64,000 bases of DNA from a bacterium (GCA_030684695.1 JAUXXX010000127.1:8250-72249), one strand, 5' to 3'. Shown: positions 40,366 through 49,352, counted from the first letter of the stretch. A program made the numbers and translations. Notes: generated by a model from the sequence alone, not told the origin.

Positions 40366-41637
40366 TTATTTACAAGAATATACCGTACTTGGACCACTGC
40401 CACTCTTATAAATAACGCCCTGTCCATCAAGCTCATTTAATCTTCTTATTAAAGAACTCTTCTCCAGCCCTATTGCATTTTCGATACTTTGTCTTGATGA
40501 CTTAGGAAAAGCTTTTAAATATGCAAGAATTGATTCTTTGCTTTCCAACTTCGGATAATCAAAATTTGTAACTGGCAAAACAATTCTTATTTGCGATGTT
40601 GAAATTTCAAAAGAAGGGGTTAATTTATACTGTTTGTAAGAATCCATAATTCTATTGATACCTGTACCAAACTGCTCAATGAGCTTTAACCTAAAGAATA
40701 CGTTGGCTATGATTGGATTTCTAGAAAGTGATGTTAGTCCTTTACAAAACTGTTCTTCATCCATACCTTCAGGAAGACCTCCAGGTGATGCAATCTCAAT
40801 CCTGTTATCAAACATTGCAATCTGAACACCAGCATTCAATAAATAGTCTCTATGAATGATTGCATTCGATAGTGCTTCTCTAAAAGCAATGAACGGGATT
40901 AATTCTCTGGTTGTTCTGTGTTTACCGTCAATGATTTGATAAGATGAATATCTTATTTGAAACTCATCTATGGATTGATCAAAATACTCTAGTAAAGATT
41001 GATTCTCCAAACGTTTTCTATCCAAAAAAGTATTAGTATCAAGTTTAAACCGCGCAATGTCAACATATGATTGACTAAGTTTGCCATTATCAGCAAGCAA
41101 TAAAGCTGCATGATTAAATGTATTTTCACCATATAGACCAAGTGTAGTCAGTATTGCAACACTAATCTCATCAATGTTTAGAATTGCTTTGAGTTTGCTT
41201 TTTAAATATTTAAAACTCAATTCCTCTTTATCAGAAGTCATTTGATCATAAGTGAGATTTTTACTTTTCAAAATAAGTCGAGTTAAATTATTACCATCAA
41301 CAGGAATTGTTGATGTGTTATTTCTCATGTAAGCCGTATTTTGGTAATAATAAGGACCATTATCACCTTTATAAACTACAATCTCTAATATGAATTTGTT
41401 GTCTATTTCTATAATATTCAAATCAAAAAAAGGCTTCGGGGTTATTGTTGTATTGATTGTATTTTCAATATCAATCCTGTCTTTGTTAATATTTGAATTC
41501 CCCACTATTTCTCCATCATCACGAACACCTATGTATATTGTACCATCATGATAATTACTGAATGCTGATACAGTCTTGAGCATTGATTTAGTAAATTTCT
41601 CTTTCAGTTCAGTAGTCTTAGATTCACTAAATTTCAT
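40366..41637 (-). CDS. AlbA_2 (Schlafen-type divergent AAA) + HATPase_c_4 + C-terminal wHTH protein
   Basis: N-terminal ESKTTELKEKF...SAFSNYHDGTIYIGVRDDGEIVG (AlbA_2). REALSNAIIHRDY...IEIASPGGLP...RNPIIANVF...EQFGTGI (HATPase_c_4). C-terminal winged-helix-like tail. Confidence 0.75.
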   Translation of the reverse strand: MKFSESKTTELKEKFTKSMLKTVSAFSNYHDGTIYIGVRDDGEIVGNSNINKDRIDIENTINTTITPKPFFDLNIIEIDNKFILEIVVYKGDNGPYYYQNTAYMRNNTSTIPVDGNNLTRLILKSKNLTYDQMTSDKEELSFKYLKSKLKAILNIDEISVAILTTLGLYGENTFNHAALLLADNGKLSQSYVDIARFKLDTNTFLDRKRLENQSLLEYFDQSIDEFQIRYSSYQIIDGKHRTTRELIPFIAFREALSNAIIHRDYLLNAGVQIAMFDNRIEIASPGGLPEGMDEEQFCKGLTSLSRNPIIANVFFRLKLIEQFGTGINRIMDSYKQYKLTPSFEISTSQIRIVLPVTNFDYPKLESKESILAYLKAFPKSSRQSIENAIGLEKSSLIRRLNELDGQGVIYKSGSGPSTVYSCK

Positions 41638-41669
41638 TTAAATCACCTCTGAATATATAGTAGCATTTA

Positions 41670-41717
41670 TCGTTTCGTTTTGCAACTATAAATATAGTTT
41701 TCGTTTCATTTTGAAAC
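41670..41717 (-). promoter_or_regulatory. two 17-nt direct repeats (15 of 17 identical, 31-bp phasing) in the promoter region of the AlbA_2 gene
   Basis: tcgtttcGttttgCaac at 41670-41686 and tcgtttcAttttgAaac at 41701-41717. A TTGCAA-17 nt-TACTAT promoter on the minus strand overlaps the proximal copy. Confidence 0.4.
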
Positions 41718-41865
41718 AATGTTATTTTTAAACGGTTCACAATGAATCGATTATAATACTATTGTCTATTACCTTAAATCATAGACTTTTCTCAAAATTA
41801 CAGTCTGTATAAGAGTTAGATGAACTAATTGTCAAAAACAACATCGACTGAAAAAACACTTTGAT

Positions 41866-41897
41866 AGAAAATAAAAACGGCTAATAAAATAGCCGTC
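41866..41897 (-). terminator. terminator of the tRNA operon
   Basis: Minus strand: ACGGCUA-loop-UAGCCGU followed by UUUUAUUUUC. Confidence 0.7.
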
Positions 41898-41908
41898 TAA
41901 ATTTCAAG

Positions 41909-41994
41909 TGGTGCGGATAACAGGACTTGAACCTGCACGCCTCACGGCACTAGATCCTAAGTCTAGGGCGTCTGCCAATTTCGCCATATCCGCA
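41909..41994 (-). tRNA. tRNA-Leu (anticodon UAG), class II long variable arm, CCA encoded
   Basis: Reverse complement: TGCGGATATGGCGAAATTGGCAGACGCCCTAGACTTAGGATCTAG...GGTTCAAGTCCTGTTATCCGCACCA. Anticodon loop CTTAGGA. Confidence 0.9.
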
Positions 41995-42020
41995 TATACA
42001 TGATATAAATTCACCAAAAA

Positions 42021-42096
42021 TGGTGACCCGCGGGCGATTCGAACGCCCGACCCTTTGATTAAAAGTCAAATGCTCTACCTACTGAGCTAGCGGGTC
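42021..42096 (-). tRNA. tRNA-Lys (anticodon UUU)
   Basis: Reverse complement: GACCCGCTAGCTCAGTAGGTAGAGCATTTGACTTTTAATCAAAGGGTCGGGCGTTCGAATCGCCCGCGGGTCACCA. Anticodon loop CTTTTAA. Confidence 0.92.
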
Positions 42097-42109
42097 TTGA
42101 TGAAAAAAC

Positions 42110-42184
42110 TGGCTGGGCTAGGTAGATTCGAACTACCGATCTCGGAGTCAAAGTCCGATGCCTTAACCGCTTGGCCATAGCCCA
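42110..42184 (-). tRNA. tRNA-Gln (anticodon UUG)
   Basis: Reverse complement: TGGGCTATGGCCAAGCGGTTAAGGCATCGGACTTTGACTCCGAGATCGGTAGTTCGAATCTACCTAGCCCAGCCA. Anticodon loop CTTTGAC. Confidence 0.9.
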
Positions 42185-42204
42185 ATGACCTGTGAAAAAC
42201 GTAG

Positions 42205-42281
42205 TGGGGCGATTGATGGGAATTGAACCCACGAATGTCGGAGCCACAATCCGATGCGTTAACCACTTCGCCACAACCGCC
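42205..42281 (-). tRNA. tRNA-His (anticodon GUG) with the extra 5' G(-1)
   Basis: Reverse complement: GGCGGTTGTGGCGAAGTGGTTAACGCATCGGATTGTGGCTCCGACATTCGTGGGTTCAATTCCCATCAATCGCCCCA. Anticodon loop TTGTGGC. Confidence 0.9.
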
Positions 42282-42302
42282 ATGATGTTTTTCGCAATTT
42301 AT

Positions 42303-42331
42303 AGTTTACCAATTTCACATAAGGATGTCAA
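42303..42331 (-). promoter_or_regulatory. promoter of the tRNA His-Gln-Lys-Leu operon
   Basis: Minus strand: TTGACA, 17 nt spacer, TAAACT, about 20 nt upstream of tRNA-His. Confidence 0.5.
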
Positions 42332-42354
42332 GCATTATTTCTTTAAAGCAACCA

Positions 42355-42402
42355 TGGAAAAAAATAAACGGAAATTCACCTGTTATCGCTGTGAATTTCC
42401 GT
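42355..42402 (-). terminator. terminator after the DegV gene
   Basis: ACGGAAATTCAC-11 nt-GTGAATTTCCGT, followed on the minus strand by UUUAUUUUUUU. Confidence 0.8.
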
Positions 42403-42411
42403 TGGAAATCG

Positions 42412-43260
42412 TTACTCTGCTGAGATAGAAAGCCCAAATCCTTGATCTCCTAAATGTACGAAGAACACCGGGCTAACATAACTTGTCATGTGGATCACTG
42501 CTGTTGGATACTTTGATTCTATTGCTTCCTTTAGCTTTTCTGCCCATTCTGGCTTATTTAATTGGATAATATCAATGTATAATCTTGAGTATTTTTTAGC
42601 ATATGTTTCAACTTTATCCATAAAGTATTCATAGCAAGCTTGATTGGTTCGCTCTTTCCTTGTCAGTGCTAACTTGCCTTCCACCATTTCAATGATTGGC
42701 TTAATTCGTAATACCGTACCCAATAACGCTTGAATTCGATTCAATCGTCCACCACGGAATAGGTGCATTAAATCACTCAATGTAAACATCACACAAGAAT
42801 CTGAATACAATCGATCCGACCGAAGAACAACTTCGTCAAAAGAAGCACCGTCGCTGATCATTTTTTGGATCAATGGAATGACATTAGCTACTCCAAATGA
42901 CGCTACTTGTGGTGCGAACACTTTGAGTGTCAAAGGAAAGTCCATCATTGTTGATGCAATTTGAGCAGATTGATAGGTTCCACTTATTTTATCAGACAAA
43001 GTGATGACAACGACGTGGGTATATCCTTCTTGATGAAATTGCTCATACAACTTTAAAAATTCTCCTGGAGATGGTTGACTCGTTAACATCTTTTTAGCAC
43101 TGTGAAGGTGTTCGATCATTTGACTTGTAGTGATATCAAGTTCTCTGTAATCAACATCATCAATCGAAACATTTAAAGAAGCCACTTTGACAAAAGGAAC
43201 TTGTAGTAATGTATCTCTGGTTAACGTAGTACTGTCAATCAATAAGCCTATTTTTTCCAT
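42412..43260 (-). CDS. DegV-family fatty-acid-binding protein
   Basis: IGLLIDSTT...TSQPSPGEF...SDKISGTYQSA are typical DegV motifs. Start at ATG 43260 (track start 43302). Confidence 0.88.
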   Translation of the reverse strand: MEKIGLLIDSTTLTRDTLLQVPFVKVASLNVSIDDVDYRELDITTSQMIEHLHSAKKMLTSQPSPGEFLKLYEQFHQEGYTHVVVITLSDKISGTYQSAQIASTMMDFPLTLKVFAPQVASFGVANVIPLIQKMISDGASFDEVVLRSDRLYSDSCVMFTLSDLMHLFRGGRLNRIQALLGTVLRIKPIIEMVEGKLALTRKERTNQACYEYFMDKVETYAKKYSRLYIDIIQLNKPEWAEKLKEAIESKYPTAVIHMTSYVSPVFFVHLGDQGFGLSISAE

Positions 43261-43365
43261 AAAAATCCTCTCTACTATATAATAAAGTACTCTATCACAC
43301 ATATAACTTTATCAAAAATAAACCTGACTGTCAATAACCTACGCAATATAAGAAAAAGGTATTTT

Positions 43366-43398
43366 TGTAAAGAAAACAACCGACAAATTTGTCGGTTG
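43366..43398 (-). terminator. terminator after the EF-G paralog
   Basis: Perfect palindrome CAACCGACAAATTTGTCGGTTG, followed on the minus strand by UUUUCUUU. Confidence 0.75.
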
Positions 43399-43407
43399 AA
43401 TGAATGA

Positions 43408-45480
43408 TTATGCTGATTTTTGTTTGTGATCTTCAATAATTTTGGGAATGAGGTTTCCAGGAACTTCTTCATAGCGAACAAATTCACGAGAAAACGTTCC
43501 TGATCCTTGAGTCATCGCTTTTAAGTCAATGGTATACTTGATAATTTCGGCTTCTGGGACTTCCGCAACCACTTTTTGATAACCAAGTTCAGAAGGCTCC
43601 ATACCAAGAACTCGTCCACGACGTTTGTTCACATCGCCAAGTACATCTCCTAAGTATTCATCTTTAATGGTAACTTCGATGCGATGAATGGGTTCTAGAA
43701 TCGATGGTTTCGCTGACTTGCATGCTTCTTTAAATGCAATCGAAGCAGCCATCTTAAACGCTAATTCATTGGAGTCCACAGGGTGATACTTTCCATCTGT
43801 TAAGATGCCTTTGACACCGATAACTGGGAATCCAGCAAGAACTCCATGCTCAAGAGTTTCTTGCAAGCCTTTGTCTACCGCTGGGAAATAGTTTCTTGGA
43901 ACGGCTCCACCGAATACTTCTTCAGTGAACTCATAGTTTTTATCTTGGATAGGTTCAAAACGCATGACGACAACCCCATAATACCCAGATCCGCCTGATT
44001 GTTTTACATAGCGTCCTTCAGCGGTTGCTGTTGCCTTAATGGTTTCACGATAGACGATTTCTTGGTCTTTCATTTCCACATCTACTTTAAACATATTCTT
44101 CATTCGATCGGTAATATATCCGATGTGAATAATTCCTTGTCCACCAATGAGTAATTGAGACGTTTCTTTGTTTCGAATGATTTCAAATGTTACGTCTTCT
44201 AGTGTAAGCTTAGCTAGTGAGTTGGATAGTTTATCTTCATCAGCCTTATTCTTCGGATGAATTGCCACATACATGGTCGGTGTGGGAACTACAGGTTTAT
44301 CATAGACAATTTGAGATTTGCGATCTGAAATGGTACTTCCAGTAACGACTTTATTCATCTTCGAAACTGCACAAATATCTCCGGCATGTACGACTTCCGC
44401 AGGGATCTGAGTTTTTCCACACAAATGGAAAATTTGTCCAATTTTCTCAACGTCTCCAGAAGCGGAAACGAATACTTCTTGGTCTTTACGTAATGTTCCT
44501 GATTTCACATGAATGTAGTTAATCATCCCCATGAATGGATCTACAATGGTCTTAAAGACAAATCCAGAGAATGGCTCAGAGTCACTATACTTTCGAGTGA
44601 TTGGTTCTAATGTTCCTGGTTTTACCCCAACATTTTCTTCTAATTCTTGAATACTTGGGAAGTATTCGCGAATCATGTGAAGTAAGGTCAATGGCCCAAT
44701 ATTCTTAGTCGCAGATCCGACCATGACAGGAATGGCATCCCCAGACATAATCGAGAGTTTTAATCCACGTTTGATTTCTTCCATTGTCAATTCTTCGCCA
44801 CCAAAATACTTTTCAAGTAACACTTCATCGGAACCGGCAACGGTTTCGATCAAGTCTTGGCGCAAAGCGAGAACACGGTCCATCTTATCTGGATAGATGT
44901 CTCCGTCTACAGCTTTTTCACCATCATAAATACGAGCTTTTAACTCGACTATATCGGCAAATCCACTGAATTCATCTTTCTTACCAATTGGCAAGCAAAA
45001 TGGAACTGCTTGAGCACCTAAGCGCTCTTTAATTAAGGCTAGTAAGTCATCAAATTTAACGTTTTCTTTGTCCATTTTGTTGATGTAAATAATGGCTGGA
45101 AGATTATTTTTCTTAATTTCCATCCACATTTTTTCTGCGCCAACTTCGATTCCTTTTGTGGCGTCTAAAACCAAGACAGCCCCGGTTGCTGCTTTTAGTG
45201 CATACTTAATGTCTCCAATCATTTCATCTGCACCTGGTGCATCTAAAAAGTTAATCTTTGCATTCTTAAACTCAACAGGGATGATAGCGGTTTGTAGTGA
45301 TGTCATCCGGTTGTGTTCTTCTAACGTAAAATCAGAGACGGTTGTTTTACGTTCTACTTCCCCTTTTTTTTCAATGCCTCCAGCACTAAAAATCAAGGAC
45401 TCTGCAAGGGATGTTTTACCACTTCCCAAGTGGCCAAGCACAATGACGTTTTTCAAAGACTCAGTTGTGTATTCTTTCAT
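43408..45480 (-). CDS. elongation factor G-family GTPase (paralog, not the str-operon fusA)
   Basis: Five-domain EF-G layout, 690 aa. G1 GHLGSGKTS, G3 DAPGADEM, G4 NKMD. Domain IV/V regions are recognisable (GGQGIIHIG, ILEPIHRIEV). Confidence 0.85.
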   Translation of the reverse strand: MKEYTTESLKNVIVLGHLGSGKTSLAESLIFSAGGIEKKGEVERKTTVSDFTLEEHNRMTSLQTAIIPVEFKNAKINFLDAPGADEMIGDIKYALKAATGAVLVLDATKGIEVGAEKMWMEIKKNNLPAIIYINKMDKENVKFDDLLALIKERLGAQAVPFCLPIGKKDEFSGFADIVELKARIYDGEKAVDGDIYPDKMDRVLALRQDLIETVAGSDEVLLEKYFGGEELTMEEIKRGLKLSIMSGDAIPVMVGSATKNIGPLTLLHMIREYFPSIQELEENVGVKPGTLEPITRKYSDSEPFSGFVFKTIVDPFMGMINYIHVKSGTLRKDQEVFVSASGDVEKIGQIFHLCGKTQIPAEVVHAGDICAVSKMNKVVTGSTISDRKSQIVYDKPVVPTPTMYVAIHPKNKADEDKLSNSLAKLTLEDVTFEIIRNKETSQLLIGGQGIIHIGYITDRMKNMFKVDVEMKDQEIVYRETIKATATAEGRYVKQSGGSGYYGVVVMRFEPIQDKNYEFTEEVFGGAVPRNYFPAVDKGLQETLEHGVLAGFPVIGVKGILTDGKYHPVDSNELAFKMAASIAFKEACKSAKPSILEPIHRIEVTIKDEYLGDVLGDVNKRRGRVLGMEPSELGYQKVVAEVPEAEIIKYTIDLKAMTQGSGTFSREFVRYEEVPGNLIPKIIEDHKQKSA

Positions 45481-45573
45481 TGTAATTTTCTCCTCTCGAT
45501 TCTAAAACGCTTACAGTCTATAATATTATATCATAGAGCATTGAAAAATAAAGATTGTCCCAAGAAACATTTT

Positions 45574-45611
45574 AGAAAAAAAACAGCGATTTAGAGTGAA
45601 TCTGTCGCTGT
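45574..45611 (-). terminator. terminator after the ABC exporter pair (the stem includes the stop codon)
   Basis: Minus strand: ACAGCGA-loop-UCGCUGU followed by U8. Confidence 0.7.
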
Positions 45612-47603
45612 TTTTATTTGAGAACGGTAGATATTTGCATAAACACTATTGTTTTTCAATAAATCCTTGTGTTTGCCTTCTTCCACTTTAATTCCATTTT
45701 CCAAGACTACAATTTTATCTGCGTTCTTTATCGTAGACAATCGATGGGCAATAACTACCATTGTACGACCTTGTTTGACTTTTTCTAAAGCTGTTTGAAT
45801 GAGAGTTTCGGTCTCTGTATCAATATTGGCTGTGGCTTCATCTAATACTAAAATCGCTGGGTTATGCAAAACGGCTCTTGCAAAGCTGATTAATTGCTTT
45901 TCACCAACACTTAAATTTCCGCCACCTCGAGAAATCATTTGTTTTACACCATGTTCGAATTTATCCAATAGTTTTCCAGCACCAATGTCTCGTAATACAA
46001 GTTCGACTTCTTCGTCGGTGATGTTGGTTAATCCAAAACGTACATTGTCCGCTACCGTCCCCTTCAATAAGACAGGGTCTTGTAAAATGATGCCAATATG
46101 GGTACGGTACGTTCGTTTTGAATACGTAGTGATGTCCAATCCATCCACTAAGATACGCCCCATGTCTGAAGGTTTAATGTCGTAAAACCGCATAAGTAGA
46201 CTCATTAAAGAGGATTTCCCAGAACCTGTATGGCCGACGAGTCCAACCATTTGACCACTTTTAATGAATAGATCAATCCCTTTTAAAACTGGATGTCCTT
46301 CCGAATAAGAAAACCAAATGTTTTCGAATGTTATGTCTCCGTGAAAGCGCGGAATGATTTCAAAGGATCCATCTTCTTGGTCCCCATCAATGATTTTGAA
46401 TATTCGTTCTGTTTTGACAATCGCATGTTGTAAGTTTCCGATTTCACGAAACAATGTACCAACTGGTTCTATCAATCGACTTAGGTAATCGTTGTAGGCG
46501 TAAATAATCCCAGCAGATACCACAAACCCTGAAATCGTTAAATACCCATTGCCAAAGTAAAACACGATGACCGCTGTAACAAGTGCCCCAATAAGACGAA
46601 TCATGTTCCAACCAATCGATAAATGAAGTTTGGTTTCTTTTAGTTTTTCTCTTGAAAAATCTGCGGACAAATCGTTAAACTTCTGTTCGGTTTGAGTTTT
46701 AAAGTTAAAAATTTGCAAGATGGATATTCCATTGATAATTTCATTTAAGTTGGCTGTAATCATTGAACTTTGCTCATTGACCTTCACAGCAATGGTATTG
46801 AGTTTCTTAATAAAAAACTTGAGCCATAAGTAGACAATAGGGAACACCAAGAAGGTCAATAATGCAAGTGTGGAATCCAGATAAAACATTCCAATGTACG
46901 CAAAGATTACTGCTAAGGTTGCATTGACTAGTAAGTTCATAATGGTCGAAAACAAATTCATCATTCCAGAAACATCCGAGATGATTCGATTCGCAATTTT
47001 TCCTGCAGGTTCACTTTCATAATATGTCATCGGCATTTTTTGAAGACTTCGAACCGCATCTTTTCTAGCGTCCCTTACAATATTTACGTTGATCATTGAA
47101 GTAGAAATACGTTGAATGTAGGTAAAGAGTATTTGCAAAAAGAATCGCAAGAATAGCAGTAATAATAACACAGTTAACGGAGAGATAAAAGGTTGATAAA
47201 ATGCCAATACTTGGGCCTTATCCAATAATACTGATTCGTATGTATATACTTCTCCGCTTGGTAAAGATACTGTAAATAAATTGCCATTTAATTGTTTGTT
47301 TCCGCGAGGGACGACGTCTTCTATCAAGTAGTATTTCCCTTGATAAATCATCACAGAGATTCCTTCGCTAACATTATCTTCTTGCATAAAATATCGACCA
47401 TTATATTCTACAGTAGTTGATGTTTGTTCACTGACTTCGGTCCATGGTCGTTCAATCCCGACCAGATAATCATCTAAAATAGATTTAACCAGCAGTGGAG
47501 CGATTAACCCAAGAACTTGAACAATTAACATGGACACGATTGATATGGTGAGGAGTTTTTTATATTTGGCGATATAGCGCCAGACTTTTTTCATTGTTTT
47601 CAT
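45591..47603 (-). CDS. ABC exporter permease/ATPase half-transporter (type I, multidrug/lipid-like) with an enlarged first extracytoplasmic loop
   Basis: 6-TM domain plus NBD (GHTGSGKSS, LSVGEKQL, LVLDEATANID). About 95 aa lie between TM1 and TM2. Confidence 0.88.
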   Translation of the reverse strand: MKTMKKVWRYIAKYKKLLTISIVSMLIVQVLGLIAPLLVKSILDDYLVGIERPWTEVSEQTSTTVEYNGRYFMQEDNVSEGISVMIYQGKYYLIEDVVPRGNKQLNGNLFTVSLPSGEVYTYESVLLDKAQVLAFYQPFISPLTVLLLLLFLRFFLQILFTYIQRISTSMINVNIVRDARKDAVRSLQKMPMTYYESEPAGKIANRIISDVSGMMNLFSTIMNLLVNATLAVIFAYIGMFYLDSTLALLTFLVFPIVYLWLKFFIKKLNTIAVKVNEQSSMITANLNEIINGISILQIFNFKTQTEQKFNDLSADFSREKLKETKLHLSIGWNMIRLIGALVTAVIVFYFGNGYLTISGFVVSAGIIYAYNDYLSRLIEPVGTLFREIGNLQHAIVKTERIFKIIDGDQEDGSFEIIPRFHGDITFENIWFSYSEGHPVLKGIDLFIKSGQMVGLVGHTGSGKSSLMSLLMRFYDIKPSDMGRILVDGLDITTYSKRTYRTHIGIILQDPVLLKGTVADNVRFGLTNITDEEVELVLRDIGAGKLLDKFEHGVKQMISRGGGNLSVGEKQLISFARAVLHNPAILVLDEATANIDTETETLIQTALEKVKQGRTMVVIAHRLSTIKNADKIVVLENGIKVEEGKHKDLLKNNSVYANIYRSQIKTATDSL

Positions 47604-47609
47604 ATGTGC

Positions 47610-49343
47610 CTACTTCATCGTCATTTGTTGAATATATTGTTGCTTATACCAGCCTTCCATACGGAGTAACTCCTCATGTGTACCCCGTTGGCTAATTTTA
47701 CCATTTTCTAAAACTAAAATAATATCTGCATCACGCACAGCTGAAAAACGGTGAGCGACGATGATGTTCGTTTTGCCTTGTCGATATTCTTTTAAATGAT
47801 CGATGATCGTATCTTCTGTCTTGGCATCCACAGCGCTTAACGAATCATCGAGGATTAATATTTCAGGATTCTTAATCAACGCTCTGGCAATCGAAAGCCG
47901 TTGCTTTTGACCTCCTGAAAGTGTAGAACCAGCCTCGCCCACTTGTGTATGTAGCCCATCGTTTAAATACATTAAATCTTTTTCGAAGTCGGCAATTTTT
48001 ACCGCCTTGTCCAATTCAGTCAAATTGGCTTTGGGGTTACCAATCATGATATTTTCGTCAACTGCACGTTTAAACAACATATGGGATTGTGGAACGTATC
48101 CCACTAAATTTCGAATATCATCAATGATATAGTCTTCAATCGGCACTCCATCCACAAATATTTGACCCTCTGTTGTATTAAACTCACGAAGCAGTTGTCG
48201 TATTAGGGTAGACTTTCCTGCTCCGGTGGGTCCTACAATTCCAATGGTCTGACCTTTCTTAATGGTAAACGTAATGTTTCGGATGACAGGTGTTTTATCA
48301 AACGGATATTTAAATGTTACGTTCTTAAAATCAATTTCATTAAAGTGAATGATCGATTTTGATGTAGGTTCATCATGCACTTCCGCTGTTTGCTTTAAAA
48401 TTTCATCGAAACGATCGACGGAGATGGTGGCATTGTTGATTTGCGAAAAAATCGTTGATATTGAAATAATCGGTCCATAAAGCAATCCAATGTAGGAAAC
48501 AAAGGTGATCAATCCACCAAGTGTCATTTCTTGGTGAATGATAAAATATACCCCAAATGCAAATGCGAGAATATAGGCAATCCCATAAATAATTTCAAAC
48601 AGTGGGTTGAACCAGTTTTCAAACCGTACAATATAACGCCACGATTCAATGTCTTTATCAATAGCAAGGTATTGTTTTTCCAAGTCGCTATCTTCTTGAA
48701 CGTAGGCTCTGATTGCTTTTTGACCCTCTACGGATTCTAGTACTTTTTCTGTCATTTCAGCATATATTTCTCGGTGTCTTTTGATATACTTGCGTTTGTT
48801 GGTACGGATGACATTTAAAATGGTAAGTCCAATGGGCATAATGATAATCGAAATTAAAGTGAGCTTCCAACTAATTGTTGTAGACATCACTCCAATTGCA
48901 AAAAATATCAGACCGATATTAAAGACCAGTCCTTCCAAAAGAGATGTTGCTGCGGTCGTTATTGCTTCTAAATCATTGGTAACTCTTGAAATCAGATCGC
49001 CTTTTTCATACATTTCATAAAAACGAGAATCCATTTCAAACAAATGAGTTAAATATTTCTTACGTAGCTTGAACGCTAATTTTTGAGCTTCTACGTTGAC
49101 GATGTAGTTATATGTAAAACTTAGTAAATACCGTCCCAGTGGTAATAGCAATAACGCAAACACTAAAAAGGATAAACTACTGGAGTTTACTCCTCCTGAT
49201 ACAATGGTATCAATGGCGAGTCCCAACACTCTAGCAGGAGTAAGTGAGATAAATGCAATACAAAGAAGCAAAGTCAACATCAATAAATATGTTTTCCATT
49301 CTTCTTTGATAAACCAACTAATCTTATGAAAAATATTGCCCAT
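47610..49343 (-). CDS. ABC exporter permease/ATPase half-transporter (heterodimer partner)
   Basis: 6-TM domain plus NBD (GPTGAGKST, LSGGQKQRL, LILDDSLSAVD). AGGAG RBS. Confidence 0.9.
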   Translation of the reverse strand: MGNIFHKISWFIKEEWKTYLLMLTLLLCIAFISLTPARVLGLAIDTIVSGGVNSSSLSFLVFALLLLPLGRYLLSFTYNYIVNVEAQKLAFKLRKKYLTHLFEMDSRFYEMYEKGDLISRVTNDLEAITTAATSLLEGLVFNIGLIFFAIGVMSTTISWKLTLISIIIMPIGLTILNVIRTNKRKYIKRHREIYAEMTEKVLESVEGQKAIRAYVQEDSDLEKQYLAIDKDIESWRYIVRFENWFNPLFEIIYGIAYILAFAFGVYFIIHQEMTLGGLITFVSYIGLLYGPIISISTIFSQINNATISVDRFDEILKQTAEVHDEPTSKSIIHFNEIDFKNVTFKYPFDKTPVIRNITFTIKKGQTIGIVGPTGAGKSTLIRQLLREFNTTEGQIFVDGVPIEDYIIDDIRNLVGYVPQSHMLFKRAVDENIMIGNPKANLTELDKAVKIADFEKDLMYLNDGLHTQVGEAGSTLSGGQKQRLSIARALIKNPEILILDDSLSAVDAKTEDTIIDHLKEYRQGKTNIIVAHRFSAVRDADIILVLENGKISQRGTHEELLRMEGWYKQQYIQQMTMK

Positions 49344-49352
49344 ATTGTTCTC

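Noticed and set aside
39960-41908. An intact prophage or integrative element at the tRNA cluster.
   Set aside because: There is no integrase, recombinase or phage-like gene, and I saw no direct repeat of the tRNA-Leu 3' end. I therefore report it only as a decayed islet.
42059-42428. Track ORFs 42059-42283(-) and 42192-42428(+).
   Set aside because: They lie over the tRNA-Lys, Gln and His genes and the DegV terminator. The tRNA cloverleaves and anticodons explain the sequence.
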